64,000 nt of DNA from Callorhinchus milii (Eukaryota). The notes below the pieces were generated by a model, which saw nothing but the letters and a program-made list of their open reading frames with translations, ran no database searches and was not told the DNA's origin. The stretch is from assembly GCF_018977255.1 (NCBI RefSeq), contig NW_024704742.1, forward strand, positions 122,328,001 to 122,392,000, given 5' to 3'. The position numbers and the translations under genes were made by a program. Below are positions 37,508-50,920 of the stretch, piece after piece. Each line of letters starts with the position of its first letter. Within the stretch, counting starts at the first letter, position 1.

Positions 37508-40233
37508 TAAATAAAGTTTGCTGAAGGTCCACTTTAGGCTCATCGGCTCCACCTAGACTCCAAACTGCAGTACTGCAGTTCCCTACACAGCTTCTCTATT
37601 TATGAGAATAAAGCCCTCTCTTTTTATCTTCCCCCAATCTCATCCTATACCATCCTATGCTACACAGTATCCCTGTCAAAGAGGGGAATAATAACCCTGA
37701 TTTGCTTTGGATTATATAAAAAAAAAGTGTGATCACTCAATCCCCAACTGTTTGTAGGATACTGCTGTGCGCAATTGGCTCCCGCATTTCACCCTCAAAA
37801 TACCCAGTCAATCCACTTTACAATATATTTTGTGAAGTGCTTTGAGATGTCTCAACGATGTGACAAGGCGCTATATCAATTGCAAGGATTATTATTATTT
37901 CCATTGTATTTGTTAAGTATGTGTACAGCTCTATTGTTTTCTTAATAAAGTTAATGATGAGCCATTGTGTTGCTGCACAAAGCATTTCTGCTGATGGGTA
38001 TAATGACTAACATAGCTGTCTGGCTCAGTTAATGTGCGTTGACCTCTTTAGTGATGGATTGCGTTTGAGATGTAATCACTGGAAGATTACTTGATTGAAT
38101 CTCCAGAGGATTACTGGGAAATAGCATGGTTCTCTATAGGAATAGATGTACCATGGAGGACCATTATAAAGCATTTCATTAGAATGTGAGATTGCTTATT
38201 GGGTGTTTGGGGTGTGGACCCCGACATACATTTACTCAAAATATCAAAAATGCGTGATCCCACTCGATCGCCACTTCATTGCATACACGCAGAGACAGAA
38301 TTGCTGACTTTGGTGAGTTATCAGATCAGATCACTGTTATTTTCACTTCTTGTACACGTGCACAGTCCACAGGAAGTCACTTTAGTGGCGATTCATGCTC
38401 CCAAAATTGACCATTTTAACTTCCACGCACCAGCCACAAATTCATCTTTCTTTATCTTTCTGCCCACATACGCACACTGAATGCAAAAGAGCTGACCAGC
38501 AATTGTGGCTCATTATGATACTGATTGGGATTTTATGGAACCCATCCATTACATTATAATTGGCTCCAGTATAGTTTCAAAAATTACACAATAATTTCCG
38601 TTATTTATTCACAGTATATTATTCACAGTATAAAGAATTTTAAGCTCTTTTTGAAATAGTGGAGCACGTCTTCCCTGACTTTACTTCTGGGTCAGGATAA
38701 ATATTGACAAGACAGGAGTCAGTCGTGCCTATAAGCCTAAACGCACTGACTGGGTATTGTCTCAGATGACAGGTGAGCGAGAGCATTGGAGTCATCATTC
38801 CTTCGGCTTGAATGCATCACAAACGGGCAGTCTCTGAAAAATAGCAGCTTTTAACCAGTTTTGAATGAAATCCCCAGAAACATAATATTGGTCATTTCAT
38901 GTGTGAAAAGTGCTCCTTATGGCAGGCTGCTCTTTCATTGTTCCAGCAAATATGCAGCATGTATTGTCCACTGCAGTTTTATATAGAATTACTTAGAACA
39001 TTACAGCACGGAAACAGGCCATGCGACCCAATTTATCTGCGTCAGTGTTTATACTCCACACAAGCCTTCACCCCTCTTAATCTATTCCCTTCTCCCTCAT
39101 GTATTCATCAAGTTTCCTCTTAAATATAATGATAAGCTTTTTTGTATTTCACATAAATTGAATCAATTATTCATTCCATGAAATATCTTTTATTCGGAAT
39201 ATCAATGGTATGAAAATTTTCCCCATTAAAATAAATCTAAAGTATAACAGTGATGTGGGTAGCCTCTGAGTGCACTTAAGAGCAATGTGGTTTGATGGTG
39301 AGCTGGAAAGAGTGAAGGTGATGGTCAAAGAGTAAAGTCTTCAGGTGTGATCTGAAGATGGGCAAAGAGGGGGTAAGATGATAAGATTGAGGCAGGGAGT
39401 TCCAGAGATTCGGGGCATAATGACTGAAAGCACTGCCATCCAGCATGGAAAAAGAGGACAAAAGATGTACTGAAGAGATGACCACAATCCTGAGTCAAGA
39501 AGAAAATGGTATCAAGGCAGGCTTTAAAGATGGGGAGAAAGGAGAATGAGTGGGATTCTGAGATGGAGTTTCTGACAACAGGGGCAGAATGGCTGGAAGC
39601 TCACTCGCGATGGTTGGACGGGGACTGTGAAGCAGGCTGGTGTTCTCTGAATATAGGACTTTGCACATCAAGTACTTGGAGTTCTGTGTATCATCTGACA
39701 AGATAGTTTGGCAATTTAGATTTAAGAAATGAAAACTATCAAGACAAGAAATGACTTGTTTCATATCATTCAAAGAGGAGAGAAAAATAACGTGAATAGG
39801 TAATTGTACCATGTCAGCAATAATTCAACATAAAGCAATCACAATATGACAAGCAAAGTTGAGTAACATAGCCACACAGACAGTTTAATCACGCTTCCAT
39901 TAATGTGTTCTCACGAGCAGTCATGATGTATTATTATTGGTGTGGAATCTCAATAATACTGCGTGAGTCAGTGGTGTTCATAAATGAACAGAGTAGTAAA
40001 CTGATCCTTCATTTGCCTGGTTTAGTTCCACTGAAAGGAAATATTCAATTAAAACTAATTAGCACATTGCATTCTTTACCAATTTTCAGTAATAAAATAA
40101 TCTACCTCTTGCTATAGGAATCGGATTCAGAGTCACAATATAAAAGAGAGTTTCTGAGATTTTAGACAGTGAAGCAGCCATAAAATAATGGGTGTTAGGT
40201 TATCAAGATCTTCCATTAATGGAAGGAGTCCAT

Positions 40234-40546
40234 GGAGTCCTGTAGCTCAGTGGTTAGAACACTCGTCTCGCAAGGGAGAGACATGGGTTTGATTCCCAGC
40301 AGGGTGAAACCTTGGGCAAGTTTCCTTTCTCCACATGCCTGATAATAATCACTCAAGAAAGAAAAAAATAACAAATTGGTCATATCAATCCACGACTGTT
40401 TGTGGGACACTGCTGTGCGCAATTGACTGCCGCATTTCACCCACAAATATACAGTCAATTCACTTTACAGTATATTCTGTGAAGCGCTTTGAGAAGTCTC
40501 AAAGAAGTGAAAAGTGCTACATCAAATGCAAGGATTATTATTATTA
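40234..40546 (+). mobile_element. tRNA-Ala SINE, full length
   Basis: Family head and tail. Confidence 0.88.
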
Positions 40547-40989
40547 AGGTCAATAGTGCTTGAAGATTGGGATTCTCACAATGATCTGTAACCAGACCTT
40601 TTTCCTTGAAGTGAGCTTTCTGTGAAATGCTAGTCATGCTCTACTGTAGAATGCTTTAAAGCTGCAATGTGCTTCCTGATAAGATGATTGTGTATGTTCT
40701 GTTCCTCAGTCTTCCTTTTAACTATAGTCCTGTGTAATCTAGCAGCAGGGGACTGATTCTTCATCGTTATTTGTTTCTTTTCTTGATTTGTTACCTTGTG
40801 TTGCTATTCTCAAATTTTGTTCTCTTGAGGATTCTCATTGCCTTATAACTTCTCTGTCTAGTTCCATTCCCCTACTTTTTCCATGTAGCCTTTGATATTT
40901 TCCTTGTGCAACAGTTTTCAAGTGAAATTGTGTTAACACACACAAGCACACCAATATAATACCTACTGACATATCACACCACACCAATA

Positions 40990-41392
40990 GCGAGTGGTAG
41001 GTTCAAGCTCCATGTTGGGACTTGGAATCACTTAGTTGACACTCCAATGCAGTGCTGCGGGGTGTTGTATTGTCAGAGTTGCCGTCTTGGTTGGGATAAG
41101 TCATTAAACTTGAGTTCCCATCTGCCTGTTCAGGTAGATGTTAAAGACCCCGTGGCACTATTCGAAAAGGGAAGGGAGTTTCTCCTGGTGTCCTGGCCAA
41201 CAATCCCCCAAATAAAATCTGTCACTTACTCCATGGCTGTTTATGGGACGTTGCTGGGTGCAACTGGGGGCCATGTTTTGACCACAAAAAACACAGTCAA
41301 TCCACTTTACAGTATGTTCTGTGAAATGCTTTGAGACGTCTCAAATGACTTGATAAGACACTATATCAAATGCAAGGATTATTATTATTATT
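40990..41392 (+). mobile_element. Deu-domain SINE, 5'-truncated
   Basis: gttaaagaccccgtggcactattcgaaaaggg..ggtgtcctggccaacaatcccc followed by the shared tail. Confidence 0.75.
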
Positions 41393-42735
41393 AATACAAC
41401 CCATACTGGCACACTATTATTATTATTAAGGTCAATATTATAACACACATTGGCACCAATATAAGAGGGGTTGGGTTGACTGGGCTTTATGAAGTTGTCC
41501 AGTAATTGAAGCTGTGCTACGCAGCAAACATTTTTGACCAGCTCCTTTTAATATGAGGATCATTGCTATTCTAAATATGGAGATTCTTGGAAGAGCAGAT
41601 GATCATATTTCCTTTCCTTTCTCCAAAGAAGTAAAATATGTTCCTTGTCCCAATCAGTATTATCTTCAGGCTACCAGTTGTAAAAAACAGAATTAAGTTG
41701 AACCCGAGCAAATCAATAAATAGCGTGCCCAGCATCCAAGTACATCAGCGATGTAACACTGTTATGTTGTAACATATCCAGGTGATGGCTTTGACTTGGC
41801 CTCTTCTGGAGGCTGAGGACTTGTCCTATTTACACTGGAACTGACACTGCCGTAAGAAATCTCCCTTTGCTGAAAGAGCTCTCATTTATGATCACTTGTT
41901 CAGGACAACAGTTACTAGGCGACAGCAGCTACAAATAAGATCAGCACCATTGGGTGTCTGGCCTGTAAGAATATGACATAATATGAGGTGGTATTCGCAG
42001 CTACAAACTTTTGATGTTCTGGAATTATAATTTCACAGGTTTTTCAGGAATAGAAACAAATTTGACATGTAGTTCAATCCTTGCCTACACCATAATGAGG
42101 AGAGAGATGCTGGATCATTAGTACGAGGATATCTTTCTGCGGTTTGTTTGATGTGCATCATGTGAAAGAAAACATTCTAATCCTCTTTTGTGTAGTTCTC
42201 CATCCTCACTCTGTGAGTCATGAGAAATAATCCTCCCGTAGTTGCACCAGCCGCTTTGCAGAAGGCTTTCCCTGTCTCTGCGCCAGGTGACTCACCCCAG
42301 CTACCAATGCTGCCCAAATCCAATCAGCACTTTCCCTCAGTCCTTGGCATCGAAATGTTGACCAAAGGCTCAGATGTTTCTGAGACATACTAAACAGTGT
42401 AACCCACCACAATTTTGCCTGGGAAGTTAAGTTTTTAAGTGGGTTTTTATACTGCACCAAGTTTGGATTTGAATTGAATAGTCCAGTGTTGGGTATGTGG
42501 TGAGTTGCTTTGGCTGAGATGTTAAACTAAGATCCTGTTTACCGATTCAGGTGAACCTTAAAGATCCCATTGCACTATTCAGAAAGAGTAGGGAGCTTTC
42601 TCTCATTGTTCTGACCAACAATACCCCAGATACAATTGATCACTCTCATCATGGCTGGTTGTGGGTCATTCCTGTGTGCAAACTGGCTGGCTGTGTCCAT
42701 CTACAAATACACAGAATTTGAAGAGCTTTGAGATA

Positions 42736-43180
42736 ACAACAACAACAAGATTCCATTTATAGAGCGCCTTTCACGTCGGGAGGACGTCCCAAGGCGCTGT
42801 ACAGTTGGGTCAGGACCCGAGCAGGGGAGAAATGGTCAGAGTGAGGGGAGGGAAGGGAGGGAGCGAGGATGCGGTAGAGAGTCGAGAGGGAAGCTGAAGG
42901 CACGATCAAAGAGAAAGGTCTTGAGACTGACCTTGAAGGAAGAGGAGGCAAGGCGAAGGCACTGGGGGATAACGTTCCAGAGCCTACGGGCTGAGAGGCT
43001 GAAGGCCCGGCCACCGATGGTAGGGCGGTTGGGGCGGGGGATGTGGAGCAGACCGGAGCCAGAGGAACGGAGGGTACGGGCAGGTAGGTAGGGGGAGAGT
43101 AGGTCGGAAAAGTAGGAGGGAGCAAGGCCGTGAATGGCCTTGTAGGTGAGGATGAGGATCTTGAAATCGATCCTCTGGAT
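42736..43180 (-). mobile_element. 5'-truncated young L2 3' end, same subfamily as 23439-24581
   Basis: QRIDFKILILTYKAIHGLAPSY..RPTIGGRAF translation and the same tail; interrupts the tail of a Deu SINE. Confidence 0.9.
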
Positions 43181-46100
43181 GACATGCTCCAACTTGATAA
43201 GGCTTTATATCAAACATAAGGATTATTATTATTTCAGCGTGAGCGGAGTCAGTAGATAGAACTTATAATTACGGAATGTCACAATCAAATGCAAGAAAAC
43301 ATATTTCAAGGAACAATAATACACAGAATTACACTTGTTTCTTCAAGCAGCATAGTGGAAGTTCATGGGACAAGGCAATGTTTTTTGCAAAATACATTTT
43401 ACTCAAAAGTTACACTATTCTAATTCTCTTGCTGAACATGTTAGTTTTTCAGCGTTCAGCCACGCCTTTAGTTCCTGATCTCAGCTGCGTTGTGATGGGG
43501 ATTGTCAAGCAAAGGAAGTGAAAGTTGCTCCCAGGCTGGTTTCAATCCTTTGCAGCACCTGGTGGCTGATCAGCACTGATGAAAGCCTGGCAAGTAGATC
43601 AGTCTCCCAGCCTCTTGCAAACAGCAATGGAAGAGAACAGGAAGCAAAACCAAATACCGTATCATCAAAATCTTTGAGGAGTATATCCTAAACACTGTTA
43701 TACATTTTACAATTCTCATCAGCTGGGTAATTTTTGCTGTGAATCTCAGGCCAATGGTGGTAGAGTCCTGGATTCCAGTCTTGGGTGTGCTGTGGCAGTG
43801 AGAGGCTATTTTCAAAGAATGTTGCATAATTGGTGTAGCGTTGACAACTGCTAGCCATCATTTTCTCTCAGTTTGTTCCAAGACCTGCTCTGCCCTGTAT
43901 TTCTCAGTAATATATAACAGAGAAATTATAAATTGGAAATTAAAATTATAATTGGAAATTGCAACCGGATTCACCGTAACTTAGCATCAGTAATGGAGAA
44001 TCCTACTTGTAACAGGTACTTTGCAGCTGGTTTGTGGCACCTCACTCCACACCGCTAAAAGTAGATCTTAGGATTCCTTCGAATTGGCAGTGATACACCC
44101 AACAGGATTCACCATTGGCGACTGTGCTTCTTTATGAGTGAATCTTGTTACTAACACCACTTATTTATTCATGTTGCAATGTGACAGAATACAGGGTGAT
44201 CCCCATTATAATGTGGTGTTTTGGCTCCATAATATTAAGTTTATAATGGATCCGCAAAAATATAATGGCCATTTTCGGGTCACACAATCACTGCTGATGT
44301 CACTTCCAGTGCAAACTTGCTGGCTCCCTGTGCGCTCAGGACTCCAGCTGGTCAGCTGTGACCACTTCTCCCAAATGTCTCTTAATGTTCAAAACGTTTG
44401 TGAGTGTTCCTGACTTCCCTGTGTGCGCTAGTCCACACAGGAAATGTACCACACTTCCTGTAACCCCCAGTTCCACAAGGGCACCCATGTTCTAAGTGAA
44501 CATGCTCTCTGGAGCAGCACTTTATATCAGGGTCACTTGGTATTTTTTAAAGTCAATTTACTTTAAAGTATATTCTGTGATTCAGACGTCTCGAAGACAT
44601 GATAAGACGCTGTATCAAATACAAGAATTATTATATATTATTATAGTGTATTTGAAACTCCTGATCATAAAGTATAATGTGAAGGAAGAAAGCCCTTCAG
44701 GTGCCCAAAGAGTAGACCATGTTGTGCGAAGGTCAGAAAAGTATTTCCTTTTCAAGCGGCTGTGATACAAATAATATAAACTCCTATGGTTTAGGAATTA
44801 AGTCACATTTTTTTTCCTCCATAAAGAGACATCAACATTTTGGTTTGAATGTCATGTGTCAGGTTAAACACTGGAGCCCTTTGCATGCTGTCCAGAGGAC
44901 AGGAATCCACAGGGGAGCAAAATGCACAGGTTCTCTTGAGATGCTCTTTTCCAACCATAAAGTTATTGCATGCCCTTATAACTGTAGTACTAAACATTTC
45001 TGGCTCAACCAAATAGCATTTCTACACCTAGAAAGCACGCGATTTTCTTTGCATTTGGTGATCATTATGGAAACCTTATTAAACTCTAGAGGGCAGTAAA
45101 TACTCCGGATCCAGCAATTTCCTCCAAACACCAGCAACAGATGGATCCTGGAGTTAGGCAGGTCTGACGACAACTGAGTGGATTTTGCGGAAGTCAGTAC
45201 TTCCCTGATGACTGTGGTTTCCGTGTTGTACGTCAGAAATGGTGCTCTTCGGCAGTTACATTGCCATTCTGCAGAATAAGACGCATTTTAGTTTACATAG
45301 TTCTTCCTGATTATGCTACGCGTGTAATAGCCTCCTTGTGTCAATTCATGGAATGTTTTACTGAACAGCTGGCCAGACCAAAGTCTGCTTCCCTCAGGAA
45401 ATACCAAAAGACCCCAGAGAATTCGCCTACCACCTCCATCCTGTCTACCATCACTTCTCACTTACGTGTTTGCTTTTATAGAAGAAATAATAAACAGAGA
45501 CTCATTTGCAAGGAAGATTTTTACTGTGGAAACTGGGTTTAGATCAATGTTTTAATGGTCCTCAGTGAAATCTCTGTGTGCTGTTGGTAAATTTCTACCC
45601 TTCGGCTGAGACTGACTCAGAAATGACACGTATGCATAAGATTCGCATATGGCACATAATAGATCCCACGGTCTCTATAAAGAGATGGTGCGGAATAATA
45701 AAGGACAACCACAATGGGACATTGGATATATTGCTATTGTTGTGGTTGGGATCCAAGTTTTCATTCCTTGCCTATTTTCAGACTGTCCTGGCCTGGAATT
45801 TTGCAACCTGCTGTTTTATGAATCTCAAAATCTCATGTGAAACTTGCAAATCATGCGTCTCAAATTAGCAACTCAAATGAGGTTTGTGAATATTGTATTT
45901 TAAATCCAAGTCTTGTCTCTTGTGACATTAGCTGTATAGCTGTGTATAGCACGCATGAACTTAACTTGCAGGCAAGTTCACTGGCAACCTGACAGCCCAG
46001 AGTTTAGACATCTTTAGCCCAGCTAGTCAGCGCTGGACATTGGGTATACCACTTTTCCAGGTAGAGAGATCCACAGCAGGCGTGTGCTATAAGTGAAGCA

Positions 46101-49100
46101 GAGCTATAGAGCTTTATGGAAAGATGCTGTAAGGAGGTTCTCTTGTTTTTTTAAGTATTTTACCCTTGATATAAGTACATACAGTGTAACACAATTTATA
46201 TTTATATAGAGCCTTTCATGCTGAGAGAACGTCTCAAAACTCTTGACAGTGCTACCCGGGCACCCAGGCTGGGGATGGGTCACCCGAGCTGGAGCTGAGG
46301 CACTGGACATTTAGATGGCAAACATTGAAAAGTAGCATTTTTCATCTCAGGAATTGCAAATCAAATATAATACAACAACAACAGTTTGCATTTCTATGGC
46401 GCCCTTCATGTCGGGTAAAGTTTCAGAGCACCACTATTATTTGTTGTAATTTACCGCTTTAAGGAAACCTTCCGATGTGCTGTTTTCATTGACGATATGG
46501 AGGTTGACCACTATGACAACAACTGAGCAGGTTGTGCAGAAGCTTCCTTGATGACTACTTGCCTGATGACTGTGGTTTGCATGTTGTACGTCAGAGGTGG
46601 TGCTCTTCACCAGTTACTTAACCATTTTGCAGAATAGGACGCATTTAGGACTGCGTTTACATAGTTGGTGGCGGTTATATTACGCGTGTAATTGCCTCCT
46701 TGTGTTCATTTCATGGAATGCTTTGCTGAACAGCTGGACAGACCAATGTCTGACTTTTTGAATAGAAATTATGTATGAAATAATATTTAAAACGACCATT
46801 GAGTCATTCATTCACTTCCTGACACAAACCCAGCAACTGGGCTTGTGCTCTCAAAGGTTTCCTGTCAGTTCAGCATATGTAGTCTCACTTTGAACTGTAG
46901 TGATATTCGCATCACACCTGGCTAGTTTGTTGCAACCTACTAATAATTGGCAGTCTTACTTCCTGTACTTCTTCCTACGCCAACATTTCAAGACACCACT
47001 GCTGGAAAACATTCAATGTGATATCTTTCTGATGATTTTAGACCAAATACAAGCCTGATAATCTCAATAATGTTGCTGTGTTGGCAGGAAGCTATGATTC
47101 AATAATAACTTTGATCTCACTGTCCAGGACTGGCATTCCATTGCAGTGCTTGGCAGAGTGCTGAATTATTGGAAGTGCCACCCTTCGGATGTTAAACCAA
47201 GGTCCTGCCTGCAACTTCAGGTGGATATTACAGATCCCACAGCACTGAGAAGTGCTCCCTATCTCCTGGCCAAGAATCTCTCAGATAAAATTGGTCATTC
47301 ACTTCATGGTTGTTTGTTGTTCATGTTGTTTGTAAGACACTGGAGTACGCAAATTGTCTGCCTGGCAAAATACACAATCACAAATGGAAACTTTTTTGAT
47401 CAGCCAAGTGTCTGACACATGCAGAAACCCATCACTATGCTTAAGAGTATCCAAACCAAACTGGGAGTTCCATGCATTCCACCTACACAGGGAAATTCCT
47501 GTGTATTGTAAATATGACACAATAGTAATATAAAAATTATGTTGTTGTAAATCCCATAAAACAATTTGACACATCCTCCTGACATGAAAGGCACTAAATC
47601 AAATGTAAAGATTATTATTAATAATTTGAAATGCTTTTGTGCTGTGTAGTACAGCAGCCAAAGCATATGTGATATTTCCTGCAGATATATAGATGATAAA
47701 ATATACTGGTAATCCAATAAGGAAGTTAGATGACTTTTAACAGATACAAAATTGCAAGCTTGCTTGGAATGAAGAATGCTTTTCAGCCCATTTGAGCTTT
47801 TCTTCCCAGAACACCAAGCTTACCTTCTTCTCATTGCAGGATCAAGCTGTGTCTTTAGTTGGTCAAGTGTCATGAGAGCAAAGCTCAATGGAATTGTGTG
47901 CATCATCTGCACCACTGATATTAGTCCACTGCTTTGAAATTGCTCGCTGGCATCTGCTGTTATAAATAATGCACACATTCGATACTCTGTAGTGGGCTTT
48001 AATTGAGGTTTTGCTCAGTCTTTGCATGGCATGGCTGTAAGTATAGACACCTGCTTTTTGCTGTGCTTCATGATAATAATAATAATAATCCTTGCATTTG
48101 ATATAGCTCATTATCACGTTGTTGATACATCTGAAAATGCTTCACAGAATACACAGAAACCACAGTGCTATAGACTACGTCTAAATGCTTCCTATAAAGG
48201 GTTGAACTATAGGTAAAACTCTATCAAGAATTTTAACTTGTGGATTTTAACTAAAATGCCAGCATGATCGACACGGTGACAGTTCAGATTTGACAGAACT
48301 GTTTGTTTCCCAGTTTTTCCATTCCCCTGCTGACGGTGAAATCTCATGTTGTGTTATACAAGCTACATGTGCTGGCAGTATCTGGTGCACCCTGTATTGC
48401 CCATTCTTCCCATGTGAGCACAAACAGTGAGGTAAATCCACATCCATCCACACGTGTTCTTTCTAATGGGAGGAAGGGGCCCCAGACTGTTCCTTTCATC
48501 AGGGACACTGAATCCATTGATAACAGTCTCTATTGCTGCCCCGACTGAGATCAATAAACTCAGCCCAGACAAATGATCGAACCCAGTGCCCTTCCTGGTC
48601 TTTAACGCATCCAGTGAGTGTGTTTACGCATGGAGTGATCAGAGGAGACTAAATACTACAGTTTCACTGAAAAATACAGTTAGTTATGAGATCATTTTAT
48701 ATTTATTTAATATTACGAGGTTAAAAAGAAGTTGAATAATTAAACCTAAGCTTATGGTAGCGTTCAGTCCGATGCAATATACACGTGGACTGCTCCCTCC
48801 CTGTGATTTGCCTTCTTTTCAAAGGTTGCTACACTTCAGGATGAAGCTATCTTTGAAGTTGCCTTTTTGTTCTCCCATAAAAGGAGAAAATGTGATCTAG
48901 TTGTACATGAATTGAATCATTTTGGTTCTGAAGTACACCTGACACTGCTCTGCTTTCATTAGGTTTAAAAACATGCAACATTTGAGAGACTGGCTGCTAT
49001 TGTGGTGAGCAAAGACTCCCAGTATGTTTCCATTACCATGTTATGAACAGAGTAATGCACACTCTGCGCAGTCTGCTTTGTTAATAAAGTATAACCACTG

Positions 49101-50574
49101 AACACAAAAAAACTTTTAAGCATACAACATGGATTGTATTCAGCAGCATCCAAGGTCATGGGAAAGGTTCAGATAAAGAAAGGCTTTCAGAGTACAAGAA
49201 AAGTAAATAAGGTGCTTCATTGCATCTACAAAGGATAGCATGGAGATCAAACGTGGCTGGCTATTTTGTTATTGTGCAAGATAATAGTCAAATTCTACTT
49301 AAGAGTATTATGCACAGTTCAGGTCACCTCACCATAGGAAGAGTATTATGACCATGGACATGGTACAGAAATGAGCAACAAAGATGACTCTATCAATAAT
49401 TTAACTTGCGGAGTTTAACTTGTCTACTTTCTTTTTGAAACAATTTGTAGCTTCTTGTTTCACTAAGATGAATAGAAAAGGATACATGAAATTTACAGGG
49501 AATTTACAATAGCAACAACTTGTATTAATATAGTACCCTTCACGTAAGATAGCCTCTCGGAGGGAATGTTTCACAGTGGTGGGGCTGGATGCCGAGCAAG
49601 GGTTGAAGAGGAATTAAGGTGACCATAAGTGCGGTCGACTCTGTAGGTCTAATGTGGCAATTTAGCTCCTTTGAATGAGCTAGCATCATCTTAGGCTCAA
49701 TGGGCCAAATGGCCTTGCCTCTCCTTCCCCCCCATCCATGCTGTCTGATTCTACCCGTACTTGTACTTTGTTCCTCAGTTTCGCATTTCAGCATAAAACA
49801 TCCATTAGTTCTGGAGAATTACAGATAAAGTATATCCCGGTACAAAATAATCCAAATAACTTTCCGAGCTATAATCAAATACCAATATTACTTGAGGGCA
49901 GAAGAGCAGAGCGTAACAATGATAAAAAATGTATTGCCATTGCACTGATGGTTTTTCAAAGGGACAGCTCTGATAAAAGCAGATGAGGAGGGGTTGTTGT
50001 TAGGTAATATTCGCACTACATCTCCTTCAATGCAGGTTTGTGCAGTTTCAAGTTTCAGTCTTATTGTTTGTTCAGTCCCTAACCCCAGAAGTGTAATATG
50101 CCTGCAGATGTAGTCAGTGATGCAGTGCCGTTACTGTATGTCTCCCCTGTGTGAAAACAGGACATAGGGGTCAATTGGCTGACCTTGGCAAGGATAGATG
50201 TAGAATGCAAATAACCCACCGAGCTGCTAAAATGGGTACATTTACCAACAAGCTGGTGCTAAATCCCAAAGTGACTTGCAAGATATGGTGACAATACCTT
50301 TTACAATAAGTATTGGCAAAAATATAGCATGATAATAAAATAGTAATACTAATCCTTGCATTTTCTATAATGCCTTTGTCTCAAAAAGCTTCACAGGACT
50401 TATGGAAAAGTGTAGTGACTAGATTTTGTAGCTGAATGCGGCAGCCAATTTGCACAGAGCAAGGTTGCACAAACAGCTATGATAGGGAGTGACCAATTAT
50501 TACGTCAATTTATATTCTGGTTTAGTAAAATACAACAATATTGCAGTTGAATGGATTCAACAACACTAACTATA

Positions 50575-50920
50575 CGGCCTTGCTGCTTCCTACCTCTGCA
50601 ACCTGCTGACCCCATATCAACCTGTCCGCTCCCTCCACTCAGCAGGCTGTGGCCTGCTCCACGTCCCCCACCCAGTCCGCCCCACCATCGGCAATCAGGC
50701 CTTCGGCCATTCTGTCCCCACCCTTTGGAATTCCATCCACATTCCCTTCATCTTGATCCCTCCCTTGCCTCCTTCAAGGCCTGTCTCAAAACCCTCCTCT
50801 TAGACTGCGCCTTCGGCTACCCTCCTACCCTCCCTGCCCTCCACCCTCCCCGATCCCTCGCCCCACAAATCCCTGACTGTCCAGTGCCTTGGACGTGAAA
50901 GGCGCTACACAAATGTAATT
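50575..50920 (+). mobile_element. L2 LINE 3' fragment
   Basis: Colinear with the 3' end of 23439-24581. Confidence 0.78.

Noticed and set aside
45818..45868. CETCK motif resembling the PDE4A1 N-terminus (FFCETCSKPW)
   Set aside because: Only four residues match, no tryptophan-rich segment follows, and the frame ends in a stop with no suitable donor.
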